Shown: positions 8,702-17,183, counted from the stretch's first letter. The stretch: DNA of 40,360 nucleotides from a virus (IMGVR_UViG_3300032954_000041:1-40360), one strand, 5' to 3'. Made by a program: numbers and translations. Notes: generated by a model not told the origin, from the sequence alone.

Positions 8702-10288
8702 TCAATTCTCGTATGCGCCGATGCTCGGGGGCACCGGACGCGGTTTGCTGTCCAGATCAGTCGGCACGGCCTGGTGCAGCCCCACAGCCCCGGCGCCGAT
8801 CGCGGGGCTGCCGGCTTGCAGGTGGTAGTCGGTCGTGGAGGCGAACTTCGGGTCTCCATAGACGCCTGTGGCATCCCCTGAGTACTTCGCTTTCTGTTTC
8901 CCGGAAGAGTCAAAGTAGAGATTGTTCGCGAACGCGACCGCGCTGATCGTGCCGCCGTTGTAGACCCAGCCCGACTTTGGGTTCGCCAGGATGTTGTTCT
9001 TGATCTCGACGTACCCGCTCGCGATGCTGGAGCCGTCCGAGTTGCCGTACGGATACGCGCAGCCGACGATCGTGTTGTGCACGAAGCTGACCGCGGGCGT
9101 CCCCATCAGGTTGTTGGTGCGCAGCGCATAGCTCGACATGTTCACGACGACATTGTCCCATGCCGCGCAGCTCTGCGAGGCATCGGCGAAGTTGATGCCG
9201 TACTTAGCGGCCGTGTCGAGGTAGTTGTGGTGCACCGTCATGCCGGTAAAGGGCGTGGCGGGACCTGAGCCGTTGTAGCACTGGTAGGCCGAGCCGCCCT
9301 TCATGTTGACGATCCAGTTCCACGCCGCCTCGCAGTTGGTCGCGGTGTGGTTGGACGAGTCGAAGTAGATCCCGTGGGTTTCCTGAGCCGTTCCGGTGAT
9401 GTCGTGGATGTAGTTGCCGTAGACCTTGATGCCGGTCCCGTTGCCGGCGATCCCGCCTGACTCCGCCGAGTTCGTCGCGAGCCACGGCCCCAGTTCGCAG
9501 TTGACGACGCGCCAATAGTTCGAGTCCGACTGGAAGTCCACCGGCCCGTCGGTTGCCGTGGGGTCGCCCGAGATGTGCAGGTTCGAGATCGCGACGTAGG
9601 GGCAGACGTGGTCATTGCTGCCGTGAATGCCGCCCTTCGATCCCGCGGGCGCCGCGAGCTGCACGGTCTCGCCCGGATAGGACGTGATCGTGAAATAGCC
9701 ATTGCCCGCGACACCATTCGGGGCCGTGCCGCCGAACGTGTAGAACTGCACCAGCCGGCTGTTGAGGCCGAGAGTGCTGTACGTGCCCGCGCGGCACACG
9801 ACGTACGTGCCCGGCACTTTCCCTTTGAGCGCACCGCCGCCGGTCGAGGTCTGGATGTGCTGGTATGGCCTGCCGATCGTGCCGTCGTTCGAGTCGTTGC
9901 CGTTCACCGGGTCGACGAAGTAGATCGGCCCCGGCTGTGCTGTGAACGTGATACCCGAGTCAACGCCGCCCACCGCGATCGTTCCCGTGGGCACCGGACC
10001 CACCTGCACCACGAGCTGCTGCAGCGGCGGGTTGAACTTGGGAGCAACGATCGCCGGACCAAGCGAGCGATAGTTCGCGACCGGCACGCCACCGATCGTT
10101 ACCTGCTCGACCAAGTTGATGCCAAAGATACTGAGATAGCAGCCGAGCCCGTTCTCGCCGCCCGTAGTCGGGCCGGCGATGATGTCGGTGTAGAACACCT
10201 GCGGCGAGCCGCTCGCGGCCAGCACCACGAGCGTCAGGGCCGCAGACGCGGCCTTGCCAGACGCGTCGGTGACGCCGACCGAGAACAC
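8702..10288 (-). CDS. Right-handed beta-helix (pectin-lyase-like) protein with an IPT/TIG-like domain; putative receptor-binding protein or depolymerase
   Basis: 'YLSIFGINL..VTIGG', 'IYFVDPVNGNDSNDGT..PYQHIQ', beta-helix coils, C-term 'DYHLQAGSPAIGAG...DLD..PRP..PSIGAYE'. I place the start at GTG 10288, not 10372. Confidence 0.75.
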   Translation of the reverse strand: MFSVGVTDASGKAASAALTLVVLAASGSPQVFYTDIIAGPTTGGENGLGCYLSIFGINLVEQVTIGGVPVANYRSLGPAIVAPKFNPPLQQLVVQVGPVPTGTIAVGGVDSGITFTAQPGPIYFVDPVNGNDSNDGTIGRPYQHIQTSTGGGALKGKVPGTYVVCRAGTYSTLGLNSRLVQFYTFGGTAPNGVAGNGYFTITSYPGETVQLAAPAGSKGGIHGSNDHVCPYVAISNLHISGDPTATDGPVDFQSDSNYWRVVNCELGPWLATNSAESGGIAGNGTGIKVYGNYIHDITGTAQETHGIYFDSSNHTATNCEAAWNWIVNMKGGSAYQCYNGSGPATPFTGMTVHHNYLDTAAKYGINFADASQSCAAWDNVVVNMSSYALRTNNLMGTPAVSFVHNTIVGCAYPYGNSDGSSIASGYVEIKNNILANPKSGWVYNGGTISAVAFANNLYFDSSGKQKAKYSGDATGVYGDPKFASTTDYHLQAGSPAIGAGAVGLHQAVPTDLDSKPRPVPPSIGAYEN

Positions 10289-10289
10289 G

Positions 10290-10553
10290 CTAGGTCGGGG
10301 TGCCGCTGATGAGGCCGCTGGCCGAAAGACTGAGGCCAGCCGGGAGCGAACCCGATGCCAAAGACCAGGCATAAGGGGGCGTGCCTCCGGTTGCGGTAAG
10401 CGTGAACGAGTACGGGACCCCGACCTGAGCTGCCGGCAGCGTCGCCGGCGAGGTGATCGCGAGCGGCGCGGGATTGACCGTCAGCGTAACGACCTGCGTC
10501 GATGTCGCGCCCGTCGCGTCGGTGACCTGTACATCCCATGAAAGCGTGGTCAT
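10290..10553 (-). CDS. 87-aa putative Ig (He_PIG-like) domain protein, circularly permuted
   Basis: 'LPAAQVGVPYSFTLTATGGTPPYAWSLASGSLPAGLSLSASGLISGTPT' is a He_PIG-type signature. Strong GAGGAG RBS. Confidence 0.8.
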   Translation of the reverse strand: MTTLSWDVQVTDATGATSTQVVTLTVNPAPLAITSPATLPAAQVGVPYSFTLTATGGTPPYAWSLASGSLPAGLSLSASGLISGTPT

Positions 10554-10570
10554 TTAGTGCTCCTCGTGAA

Positions 10571-13024
10571 CTACTGAATAGTGATCGTGCGGCCATCCGA
10601 AAGTGTTGCGGTTCGCGGCCGGCTCATGTGCTGGGTGAGCGCCTCGAGGACGCTCGCGAGGCGATCATTGTTATCGGGCGGCTTCTCGCCGCCGCCCTCA
10701 ATGCCTTGGTCTGCCTCGTTGACGTCCTTGGCCATCGCTTGCCCGGCGTCTGCGCTGGGGTCGCCTTTCAACTGCGAAGCGAGGATCGACGAGAACGCCT
10801 TGACCAGGGTCTGCACCATGTCGGAGTGCGTCGCATCGAGTTGCACCTCGCGGTCCTTGTGTCCCTGCACAGCCTCGTGGTTCAGCTGCGTCATCGCCTT
10901 CAAACGCTCTTCCGCAGCCTGGTCCTTCGCCTGGTTCAGCTGACCCAGCAGCTCAAGGATCTTGCGCTGGTCCTCAGATGCCTGTTTAGACTGTTCCATG
11001 CCGGCGCGGATCTGCGCGGCCTGCACCTGCGGCGCCTGTGGCTGGTGCGCAGCCTGCGCCTGCATCTGCTTCATGTGCTGCGCAAACTCCTGTCCGTTCG
11101 GGTCCATCGCGAACTGCTCGGGATTCGAGAACCCGAGCGCCTCGACGCCGACCTTGAACGTGTTGAACGCCTGCTTGGGGCCGACCATGCCCATCTGCGC
11201 GAGCGGGGCCTGCATCTGGCTCAGCACGATGACGTTCGAGCGCAGTTCCTCGCGATTGCCGGAACCAAGACCGACGTTCGGCGAGACCTTCGTGCGGCGG
11301 CGCCATGAGGTCGGATCGATCTGCACCCACTTGCCGCTGATCTCAAGCTCCAGCGGCTTGTCCTGGTTGCGGATGAGCTCAGAGTGGATCTTGCGGAAGA
11401 TGTCCTTGACGCCTTCCGCAAGAAGCCTCGCGACAAGCTCTATCTTGAGCGTCGCCGCGCTCATCGCAGCCATCTGGCCGCCCTTCGTCATGTTCTGCAG
11501 GTCGTCCGGGTCGAGTCCGGTCGTATGCTCACCGACCCCGGTGCGCGCCGTGCGCAACTCGTCGATGTAGCCGAGTACCGGGAGCACCTGCTCGACGATG
11601 TTCGACGGTGATTGGATCGGAGCCATCCAGGTGGACGGCGGCCCACTGCCGCGGACGACGCCGCCTGGGCGCGAGGTCAGCAGGTCGTCCATGTTGACGT
11701 TGCGCCAGTCCACGGCAATGCGCTGGTTGTTGGCGATGGTCAGGTTGTCGAGGCTCTCCCGGAACAGCGTCGTCTTGATGATCTGCAGGTCCATGATCTC
11801 GTCGTACAGACTGATGCCGGTATGACGGTGCGGCATCCGCTTCGGCGTGCACGACGCGAACGGCGTCTCCTCGATGACCTCGTTCTCGCCGATCTTGTCG
11901 CCGCCCACGACGATCCTGCGCAGTTCCGCGACGCCATCCCCGTCGTAATCGACGCGCATGATGACCTTGCGCAGCTCGATCTCCTGCATCGCGAAGTCCG
12001 AGGGGTTCTCGATCGAGAGCTGATCGACCACCTGGTTGCGGGCGAGCGCGTCGATCTCGAGCCAGTTGGGGCGCCCGGAAGCGAGCGAGTTCACCCAGTC
12101 GCGCTCGTACCCATCGGTGATGAGGTCGGAACGCGCGACGTTCGTGATGTGCATCGCGAACGAGACGTCTTCCATGTTGTTGCGCGCCCGCGCCGAGATC
12201 CGCATCTCCTCCGGCGGCAGGCAGGCAACGCACACGCGCTTCTGTTTCGCCTTGCGCCGGATGCGGATGTCGAACGCCGGCGTCTGCACGACGAGATGCT
12301 GCGCGACCTGCGCGGCTTGCGGATTCTGCGGCTGGCCCGCGATCGCCATCGGCAGCTGTGGGATCGGCACCATCACGTCGCGCAGGTACTCACGCTGGCC
12401 GATGACCTCGATCTCCTCGTCCGCGGCATCGTTCAGGATTTCCGCGACCTCGATCTCGGTGAGGCCGGTATAGCTCTCCTCGGATACCTTGGTCTCTTCC
12501 TTCGTGTAGACCTCGACGTACCCGTTGCGCATCAAGAGCGCATCCTTGAAGAAGTCGTGCAGCACCATCACGCCGTCGTTCTGCTGCATGAAGACGTGAT
12601 TGACCGCCATCGTCTCGAGTTCGGCCTGTTTCTCGTCGAGTTCGTTCTCCGGGTCGAAGCGACAGACCGTCTTGGCGCCGACGAACATCCGCATCAGCTG
12701 CGGCATGATCCATTCGATCGTGTCGCGCAGTTCCGGCAGCACGATCTGGCTGCGGTTCTCGATCTCGTTGCCGAGCGGACGCGCGAAGTAGGCATTGATC
12801 GCGTTGTAGCGGTCGATCTCGAGCGTCGTCATCGCCTGGTTGGACGGGAAGATCGTCGTCGAGATCGTCGCGCCGGCCGCGATCTGCGAACCCAGCGAGG
12901 CGCGCTCATAGGAGGCGATGAGCGCGAGAAGCTCGCCCTCGCTCATGCGCTTCTTGGGCTGGGAGCGCGCGGTATCCGAGTCGATCGCGCGCTCGCCGTC
13001 TACCTGTTTCGTTTCGTCAGCCAC
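10571..13024 (-). CDS. Portal protein (P22-like) with a long C-terminal extension
   Basis: 'GNEIENRSQIV', 'IEWIMPQLMRMF', 'FFKDALLMRNGYV', 'PMPHR'-like 'KRMPHRHTG', 'DDLLTSRPGGVVR', 'VGLGSG'. Lies downstream of terL. Confidence 0.9.
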   Translation of the reverse strand: MADETKQVDGERAIDSDTARSQPKKRMSEGELLALIASYERASLGSQIAAGATISTTIFPSNQAMTTLEIDRYNAINAYFARPLGNEIENRSQIVLPELRDTIEWIMPQLMRMFVGAKTVCRFDPENELDEKQAELETMAVNHVFMQQNDGVMVLHDFFKDALLMRNGYVEVYTKEETKVSEESYTGLTEIEVAEILNDAADEEIEVIGQREYLRDVMVPIPQLPMAIAGQPQNPQAAQVAQHLVVQTPAFDIRIRRKAKQKRVCVACLPPEEMRISARARNNMEDVSFAMHITNVARSDLITDGYERDWVNSLASGRPNWLEIDALARNQVVDQLSIENPSDFAMQEIELRKVIMRVDYDGDGVAELRRIVVGGDKIGENEVIEETPFASCTPKRMPHRHTGISLYDEIMDLQIIKTTLFRESLDNLTIANNQRIAVDWRNVNMDDLLTSRPGGVVRGSGPPSTWMAPIQSPSNIVEQVLPVLGYIDELRTARTGVGEHTTGLDPDDLQNMTKGGQMAAMSAATLKIELVARLLAEGVKDIFRKIHSELIRNQDKPLELEISGKWVQIDPTSWRRRTKVSPNVGLGSGNREELRSNVIVLSQMQAPLAQMGMVGPKQAFNTFKVGVEALGFSNPEQFAMDPNGQEFAQHMKQMQAQAAHQPQAPQVQAAQIRAGMEQSKQASEDQRKILELLGQLNQAKDQAAEERLKAMTQLNHEAVQGHKDREVQLDATHSDMVQTLVKAFSSILASQLKGDPSADAGQAMAKDVNEADQGIEGGGEKPPDNNDRLASVLEALTQHMSRPRTATLSDGRTITIQ

Positions 13025-13179
13025 AGCCCTTCCATGAGTTCGAGTACGCGATTCCAGCGCCGGTCGAGTTCATCGCGGGTATCGACGCGATTGCCAAAGC
13101 GATGCTCACCATCGACCGCCATGCGCAGCGCGTCGATGAGTTCCTTACGCTTCGCTGCCTGCTCATCCGCGCGTGCCAC
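13000..13179 (-). CDS. Small hypothetical protein (59 aa, not in the ORF track)
   Basis: GTG start with a GGAG RBS. Fills the terL-portal gap and overlaps the portal start. Confidence 0.4.
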   Translation of the reverse strand: MARADEQAAKRKELIDALRMAVDGEHRFGNRVDTRDELDRRWNRVLELMEGLWLTKRNR

Positions 13180-13315
13180 TGCGCTTCTCCTGCGGCTTGT
13201 CGCCCAGACGCTCCCGCAGCGCCTGCAATTCGAGGCGCAAGTCGTTGATCTGTCGCTGCAGCGTCAGGATCTGCTCGGCCTGCTGCCTCACCATGCTGTC
13301 GATCACGATGCTCAT
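13163..13315 (-). CDS. Small coiled-coil protein (50 aa, not in the ORF track)
   Basis: ATGA overlap with the terL stop. Reads MSIVIDSMVRQQAEQILTLQRQINDLRLELQALRERL... Confidence 0.55.
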   Translation of the reverse strand: MSIVIDSMVRQQAEQILTLQRQINDLRLELQALRERLGDKPQEKRSGTRG

Positions 13316-14607
13316 CTGCGTGCGCTCCCGGTGTTGAAACTCCAGTTGTACTTGAGCGGCGGCAACTTGAGGCCGCCCGACTCCGACGTCGTCCCCATCT
13401 GCGGTGCAGCGAGACAGAGATAGCGGAAGGCATCCGCACCGTGACTGAACTCATCGTGCAACGGGTTGCCGGGCTCGCCCGTGGAATTCGGCGTCGTGCG
13501 CCGATAGCGCTTCAGGCACTCGATCAGCCGCTCGCACTTCGGCTTGTTGACGTAGAGCGACTTGAACGCCATGCGCGCGGCACGGATGCCGTCGTCGATC
13601 GGCGACTTCGGCAGCGGCGTGGCGGTCCAGCCAAGATCCTGCAGGATGCGCTGCGCGCTCTGACCCGTGCGGTAGTCAGCGTGTGCGCCGTCGTGCGGCA
13701 AAAACAACTCGCTGATTGAGTAGGGGCGTGTCTTCAGTTCCCGGCTGTACCAGTCGAGCGTCTTGTGGTCGTCCTCGATGTAGTCGATCACGCGCAGCTG
13801 GCTGATGTGCCGCTGCGCGATGATGATCGCCATCTTGTCGTTCCAGCCGAGGTCGAAGATCGCGTGCACCGGCTGGAACGAGTCATAGGGGAAGTCGCCG
13901 GCCCGGTTTTCGGCGAACATCTGCGCGACTTCGTCGGCGTAGATCGCGCCCGTGACCGCAGGACGACATTTGCCTTCCCAGATATGGTTATAGTCAACCT
14001 GCGATAGCAGCGTCTGGTCGCGCCGCCGCTCGTTCTCCATGATCGACGAGAACCACGGGTTGTCTCGGTAGTTGAGCGGGATCACGATCGAGCCGGGGAA
14101 CGGGTTCTCGACGAACCGCACCCAGGTCGGATCGGTGTCGAGTTCCGGGTTGAACGTCACCCAGATCTCGGAGCCTTCCTTGCGGATGGTCTTCGTCAGG
14201 ATGTTCCACGAGCGTTCGGTGACGACCTGCGCTTCCTCGACCCAGCAGATATCGACGCCTTCGTAGGACTTGATACTGTCCGCAGTCTGGTCGGAAAGGC
14301 CCGTGAACACGAACTCGGAGCCGTTGCGCGCCTTGATCGTCACCTGCTGGATGTCGAAGTGATTGCCGACGCCCAGCATCTCGATCTGGTCAGACAGCAA
14401 TTTGTGCACAGAGTCGCGGATGGAGCGCTGCATCTCGCGTGCGCAGAGGATGCGCGTCGGCTTCTGCAACGCCTGGATGATGAGCGCGCGTGCACATCCC
14501 CACGACTTGCCGGCGCCGCGGCCGGAGTGCAGCACCTTGTAGCGAGCCGGCCTGAAAAGCGGCTCTAGCTTCTTCGGGAACTCCGCGTTGACCTGCTGCG
14601 CCTGCAC
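13312..14607 (-). CDS. terL: Terminase large subunit (PBSX/Sf6-like, probably headful packaging)
   Basis: Walker A 'SGRGAGKS', 'ILCAREMQRSIRDSV', Walker B 'ICWVEEAQ', 'TFNP', nuclease motifs 'FDLG' and 'SHGADAFRY'. Confidence 0.95.
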   Translation of the reverse strand: MQAQQVNAEFPKKLEPLFRPARYKVLHSGRGAGKSWGCARALIIQALQKPTRILCAREMQRSIRDSVHKLLSDQIEMLGVGNHFDIQQVTIKARNGSEFVFTGLSDQTADSIKSYEGVDICWVEEAQVVTERSWNILTKTIRKEGSEIWVTFNPELDTDPTWVRFVENPFPGSIVIPLNYRDNPWFSSIMENERRRDQTLLSQVDYNHIWEGKCRPAVTGAIYADEVAQMFAENRAGDFPYDSFQPVHAIFDLGWNDKMAIIIAQRHISQLRVIDYIEDDHKTLDWYSRELKTRPYSISELFLPHDGAHADYRTGQSAQRILQDLGWTATPLPKSPIDDGIRAARMAFKSLYVNKPKCERLIECLKRYRRTTPNSTGEPGNPLHDEFSHGADAFRYLCLAAPQMGTTSESGGLKLPPLKYNWSFNTGSARR

Positions 14608-14611
14608 ATTG

Positions 14612-15505
14612 TCAACCAGGCGTCAGGACGCACGATACCCCGTCGAGAATCGCGTTGTCGGTCGCAGTGCCGTGCTGCAACGTCACCGACATCGTGAGAT
14701 TCGTCGTCGTATCCTGCGTCAGATAGGTCTGGCCGGTCGCGCCGGCACCGAAGGTCCCGGTCTGGTTCACGACCTGAGCTCCGGTCTGCCCTTGGTTCTG
14801 CACAACAGGCAGGCCCAACGCAGCGACGTTGGTCGTGTTCGCCTGCGTGTAGATCGTGCCGGAACCGAGCTTGACGGTGAACGTCTTCGTGCCGGCGGTG
14901 TTGTTGTTCGCAAACATCGCCGTAACTTCGAGAACGCCATTGGCACCCATAATGTTCGCCGGCAGAGTCCACGATGGCCCGGTCTGCGCCGTCGTCACGC
15001 CAGTAAACGCACCTGGTCCCGTCGTAGCAAACGCGGTTGGGCTTGGCGGGATGTACGGCTGGCCGCCAATCAGCGCCGACTTATACTGGTTGTTGTAGAT
15101 CGTGCCGGCTGTGCCGGACGACATCACGACGTAGTACCAGCCTGCTGCGGAACCCGCGGCAATGGCTGCAGCCGCGAACCACATGTAGCAGCCCTGCGAG
15201 TACGTCGTGGGGAGCGCAGTGAGTCCGGTGAGCGCACCGTTGTTGCCGATCGAACCCGACGACGGAACGATGAACGGGATCGCCGTCTGGAAGATCTTGA
15301 TGGGGCTGGGCGGGTCCTGCGGACCGTAGGCCCCATCCTGCGGGACATCGCCGATGCCTGGCCATGTCGCGAGCGGGGACTGTGTCCAGTTGTTGAGGAA
15401 CGCGAGAGCGATGTCGGCCGGCTCAACTTCCTGAGCTCCGCCGGTCGTCGTGTAGCTCACCCCATTGCGGCCCGTGAAAGCGAGCCCTGGAATCATGACA
15501 GCCAT
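14612..15505 (-). CDS. Putative virion structural protein (Thr/Gly/Ala-rich, beta)
   Basis: 297 aa, coupled on both sides. The C-terminal part resembles the C-terminus of the tailspike gene. Confidence 0.6.
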   Translation of the reverse strand: MAVMIPGLAFTGRNGVSYTTTGGAQEVEPADIALAFLNNWTQSPLATWPGIGDVPQDGAYGPQDPPSPIKIFQTAIPFIVPSSGSIGNNGALTGLTALPTTYSQGCYMWFAAAAIAAGSAAGWYYVVMSSGTAGTIYNNQYKSALIGGQPYIPPSPTAFATTGPGAFTGVTTAQTGPSWTLPANIMGANGVLEVTAMFANNNTAGTKTFTVKLGSGTIYTQANTTNVAALGLPVVQNQGQTGAQVVNQTGTFGAGATGQTYLTQDTTTNLTMSVTLQHGTATDNAILDGVSCVLTPG

Positions 15506-15709
15506 TTAGTAGCCCTCGTGTCCTAAGCCTTCAAATTCCTTGCCGCTCAGGGGATGTGTCTGCCCTAGGCGGATCTGTGTCCTGCGATCGATGCGCTGGC
15601 CCTTGAGTCGCGACAGTCGCGCCGGCTGCGTACCCTTCGGCATCGCCAGCGGCTTGCCGGTGAGTGCGGAGCCAACCTCTGGCATCGGAGGTGCGGACAG
15701 CGTTCTCAT
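15506..15709 (-). CDS. Small basic protein with a C-terminal FExLGxE motif
   Basis: TGATG coupling upstream and TAAATG downstream. Ends HPLSGKEFEGLGHEGY. Confidence 0.65.
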   Translation of the reverse strand: MRTLSAPPMPEVGSALTGKPLAMPKGTQPARLSRLKGQRIDRRTQIRLGQTHPLSGKEFEGLGHEGY

Positions 15710-15879
15710 CAGGCGAACCGATGCCTGCGCTTGACGACGCCGTTGGCTTCCTTGATGGCAGTCGCCTCGTCCTCACCACGCGCGAGGGCTGAATCGCTGA
15801 CGTGCGCCCACTGGCGCTTTGCCTTGGCTGATTTCGCCTTCTTCGTGAAGCGCATCGCGTCCTTTGGGCTCCAGGGCAT
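15709..15879 (-). CDS. Small basic protein (MPW... family, ChaB/DUF2188-like from memory), ends RHRFA
   Basis: TGATG coupling. Reads MPWSPKDAMRFTKKAKSAKAKRQWAHVSDSALARGEDEATAIKEANGVV. Confidence 0.7.
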   Translation of the reverse strand: MPWSPKDAMRFTKKAKSAKAKRQWAHVSDSALARGEDEATAIKEANGVVKRRHRFA

Positions 15880-16451
15880 CACTCGGCTCCGAGCTTCTCG
15901 AACCACTCGGACCCGAGATCCTCGCTCATCGTGGCTGAGTGGCCTTTCCAGCCGTCGGACTTGCCGATCTTCCCCGGACCACCCTGCCCCACGCGGTGAC
16001 TTTCAGGCGTACCGCGCACGCCAATGCCCTTGCCAACGCCCGGAGGTGCCGATCCCTTGCCATTGCCGACCGCTCCCTTGCGCGCACTCGTGTCGCCTCG
16101 AGAGGGCTTGCCGCTGTGACGTCCGTCGCGACGTTCTGACGCCTCGCGCCCGGTCACCTCGCGCAGCATCCGCTTCGTGTCGGCCGTGTCCTCGCGAAAG
16201 AGCAGCGACGAGCCGTGACCGACCGGATGGTAGTGGCCAGCCTCGCGATCTATGCGCGGCGCCTTGCCGCTATGCGTGCTGCCGAACTTCGCCTGCGCCG
16301 AGCCCTTGTAGCCCTTGCGGTCGTCGTAGCCGGAGTTCGTGCGCTGGGCTACGTGTGTGCCGCCGCCGGGATTGCCCTTGCGCTTGACGCGGCCGAACTC
16401 GCCCATGCCGTGATGCGGTGCGTTGGATGCGCGACGCAACTTCACGGTCAA
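15879..16451 (-). CDS. Gly/Arg/Lys/His-rich disordered basic protein with a C-terminal FExLGxE motif
   Basis: Coupled ORF, start TTG 16451 or GTG 16445. The last 31 aa align to the neighbouring gene. Confidence 0.65.
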   Translation of the reverse strand: MTVKLRRASNAPHHGMGEFGRVKRKGNPGGGTHVAQRTNSGYDDRKGYKGSAQAKFGSTHSGKAPRIDREAGHYHPVGHGSSLLFREDTADTKRMLREVTGREASERRDGRHSGKPSRGDTSARKGAVGNGKGSAPPGVGKGIGVRGTPESHRVGQGGPGKIGKSDGWKGHSATMSEDLGSEWFEKLGAE

Positions 16452-16780
16452 TCCCTGCCGCCAACCATGCCGTCGTCCTCGACTCCGAGCGCCTCGAAGT
16501 CGGAGTGGCTCATCGGATGCTCGATGTCCTCGCTATGGCCCTTGAAGCCATCGGCCTTGCCGATGATGCCGGAGCCGCCGCGGCCGGACGTCGCCTCGTG
16601 TGCGGAAATCGAGTGGCCTTCCGGCTTCGCCGAATGCTTGCGCCGGTTGTACGGCGTCGAGCCGCGGCCGTGCTCGCCATCGGCGAAGCCGCCTTCCTCG
16701 CGCGCCTCGCGGCCGCCACGGGCCGGACGCCTGCCCTCTCCGTGCTCTTCTGGCGATTCAAGATCTCTGCGCGGCTTCAT
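16448..16780 (-). CDS. Gly/Arg/Glu/His-rich disordered protein with an FExLGxE motif
   Basis: GGAG RBS. Contains GIIGKADGFKGHSEDIEHPMSHSDFEALGVE. Confidence 0.7.
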   Translation of the reverse strand: MKPRRDLESPEEHGEGRRPARGGREAREEGGFADGEHGRGSTPYNRRKHSAKPEGHSISAHEATSGRGGSGIIGKADGFKGHSEDIEHPMSHSDFEALGVEDDGMVGGRD

Positions 16781-16794
16781 GTTGACTCCGTGGG

Positions 16795-17004
16795 TTAGGC
16801 AAACCGATGACGGCTCTTCCTGCCGATCTCGGGATACTTGGCGTGGACCTTGGCGCGTACTCGCGCCTTGAGCTCCGGGCTCTTGTTCGCAACGCGAGCG
16901 AGCGCGTTCCTTGCGTGACTTGGGTCCTCGATGGGATACGAGCGGTCAGGACCCGCGAATGACTTAGCCGGCAGCGCATTGCGCCTCGCGCTCGTGAGCT
17001 TCAC
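16795..17004 (-). CDS. Small basic protein (DUF6582-like from memory), ends RHRFA
   Basis: GTGA overlap start with a GAGG RBS. Contains 'LTSARRNALPAKSFAGPDRSYPIEDPSHARNALARV'. Confidence 0.75.
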   Translation of the reverse strand: MKLTSARRNALPAKSFAGPDRSYPIEDPSHARNALARVANKSPELKARVRAKVHAKYPEIGRKSRHRFA

Positions 17005-17183
17005 TTCGCGCCTCTCAGCGCCTGCAGGGCATCGTCGGTAGGTGCCATTTCGCTCTGTAGATCCGCCCAGCACTTGCGCACGTAATAGCCGGTGACGCCG
17101 AAGGCTCGAGCGACGCGCTCGGGGTGTGTGTCCTGGTGAAGCTGATGGAGACGGGCCATTTGCCGGAGCTTTTCTCGCTTCAT
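17001..17183 (-). CDS. Small hypothetical protein, possible HTH
   Basis: 'PERVARAFGVTGYYVRKCW' is HTH-like. Coupled to the downstream gene. Confidence 0.5.
   Translation of the reverse strand: MKREKLRQMARLHQLHQDTHPERVARAFGVTGYYVRKCWADLQSEMAPTDDALQALRGAK

Noticed and set aside
10286-10301. Classical programmed +1 frameshift
   Set aside because: The context is ACC-TAG rather than a CCC-stop shifty site, so tRNA re-pairing is poor. Kept only as a minor alternative.
10289-10372. ORF-track start of the beta-helix gene at 10372
   Set aside because: The first 28 codons overlap the Ig gene out of frame and look non-coding. GTG 10288 fits better.
4473-13423. Long plus-strand and alternate-frame ORFs (e.g. 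11612-13423, 5351-6403, 6207-7658)
   Set aside because: They are shadow ORFs of GC-rich genes, with Arg/Pro-rich translations and no motifs.
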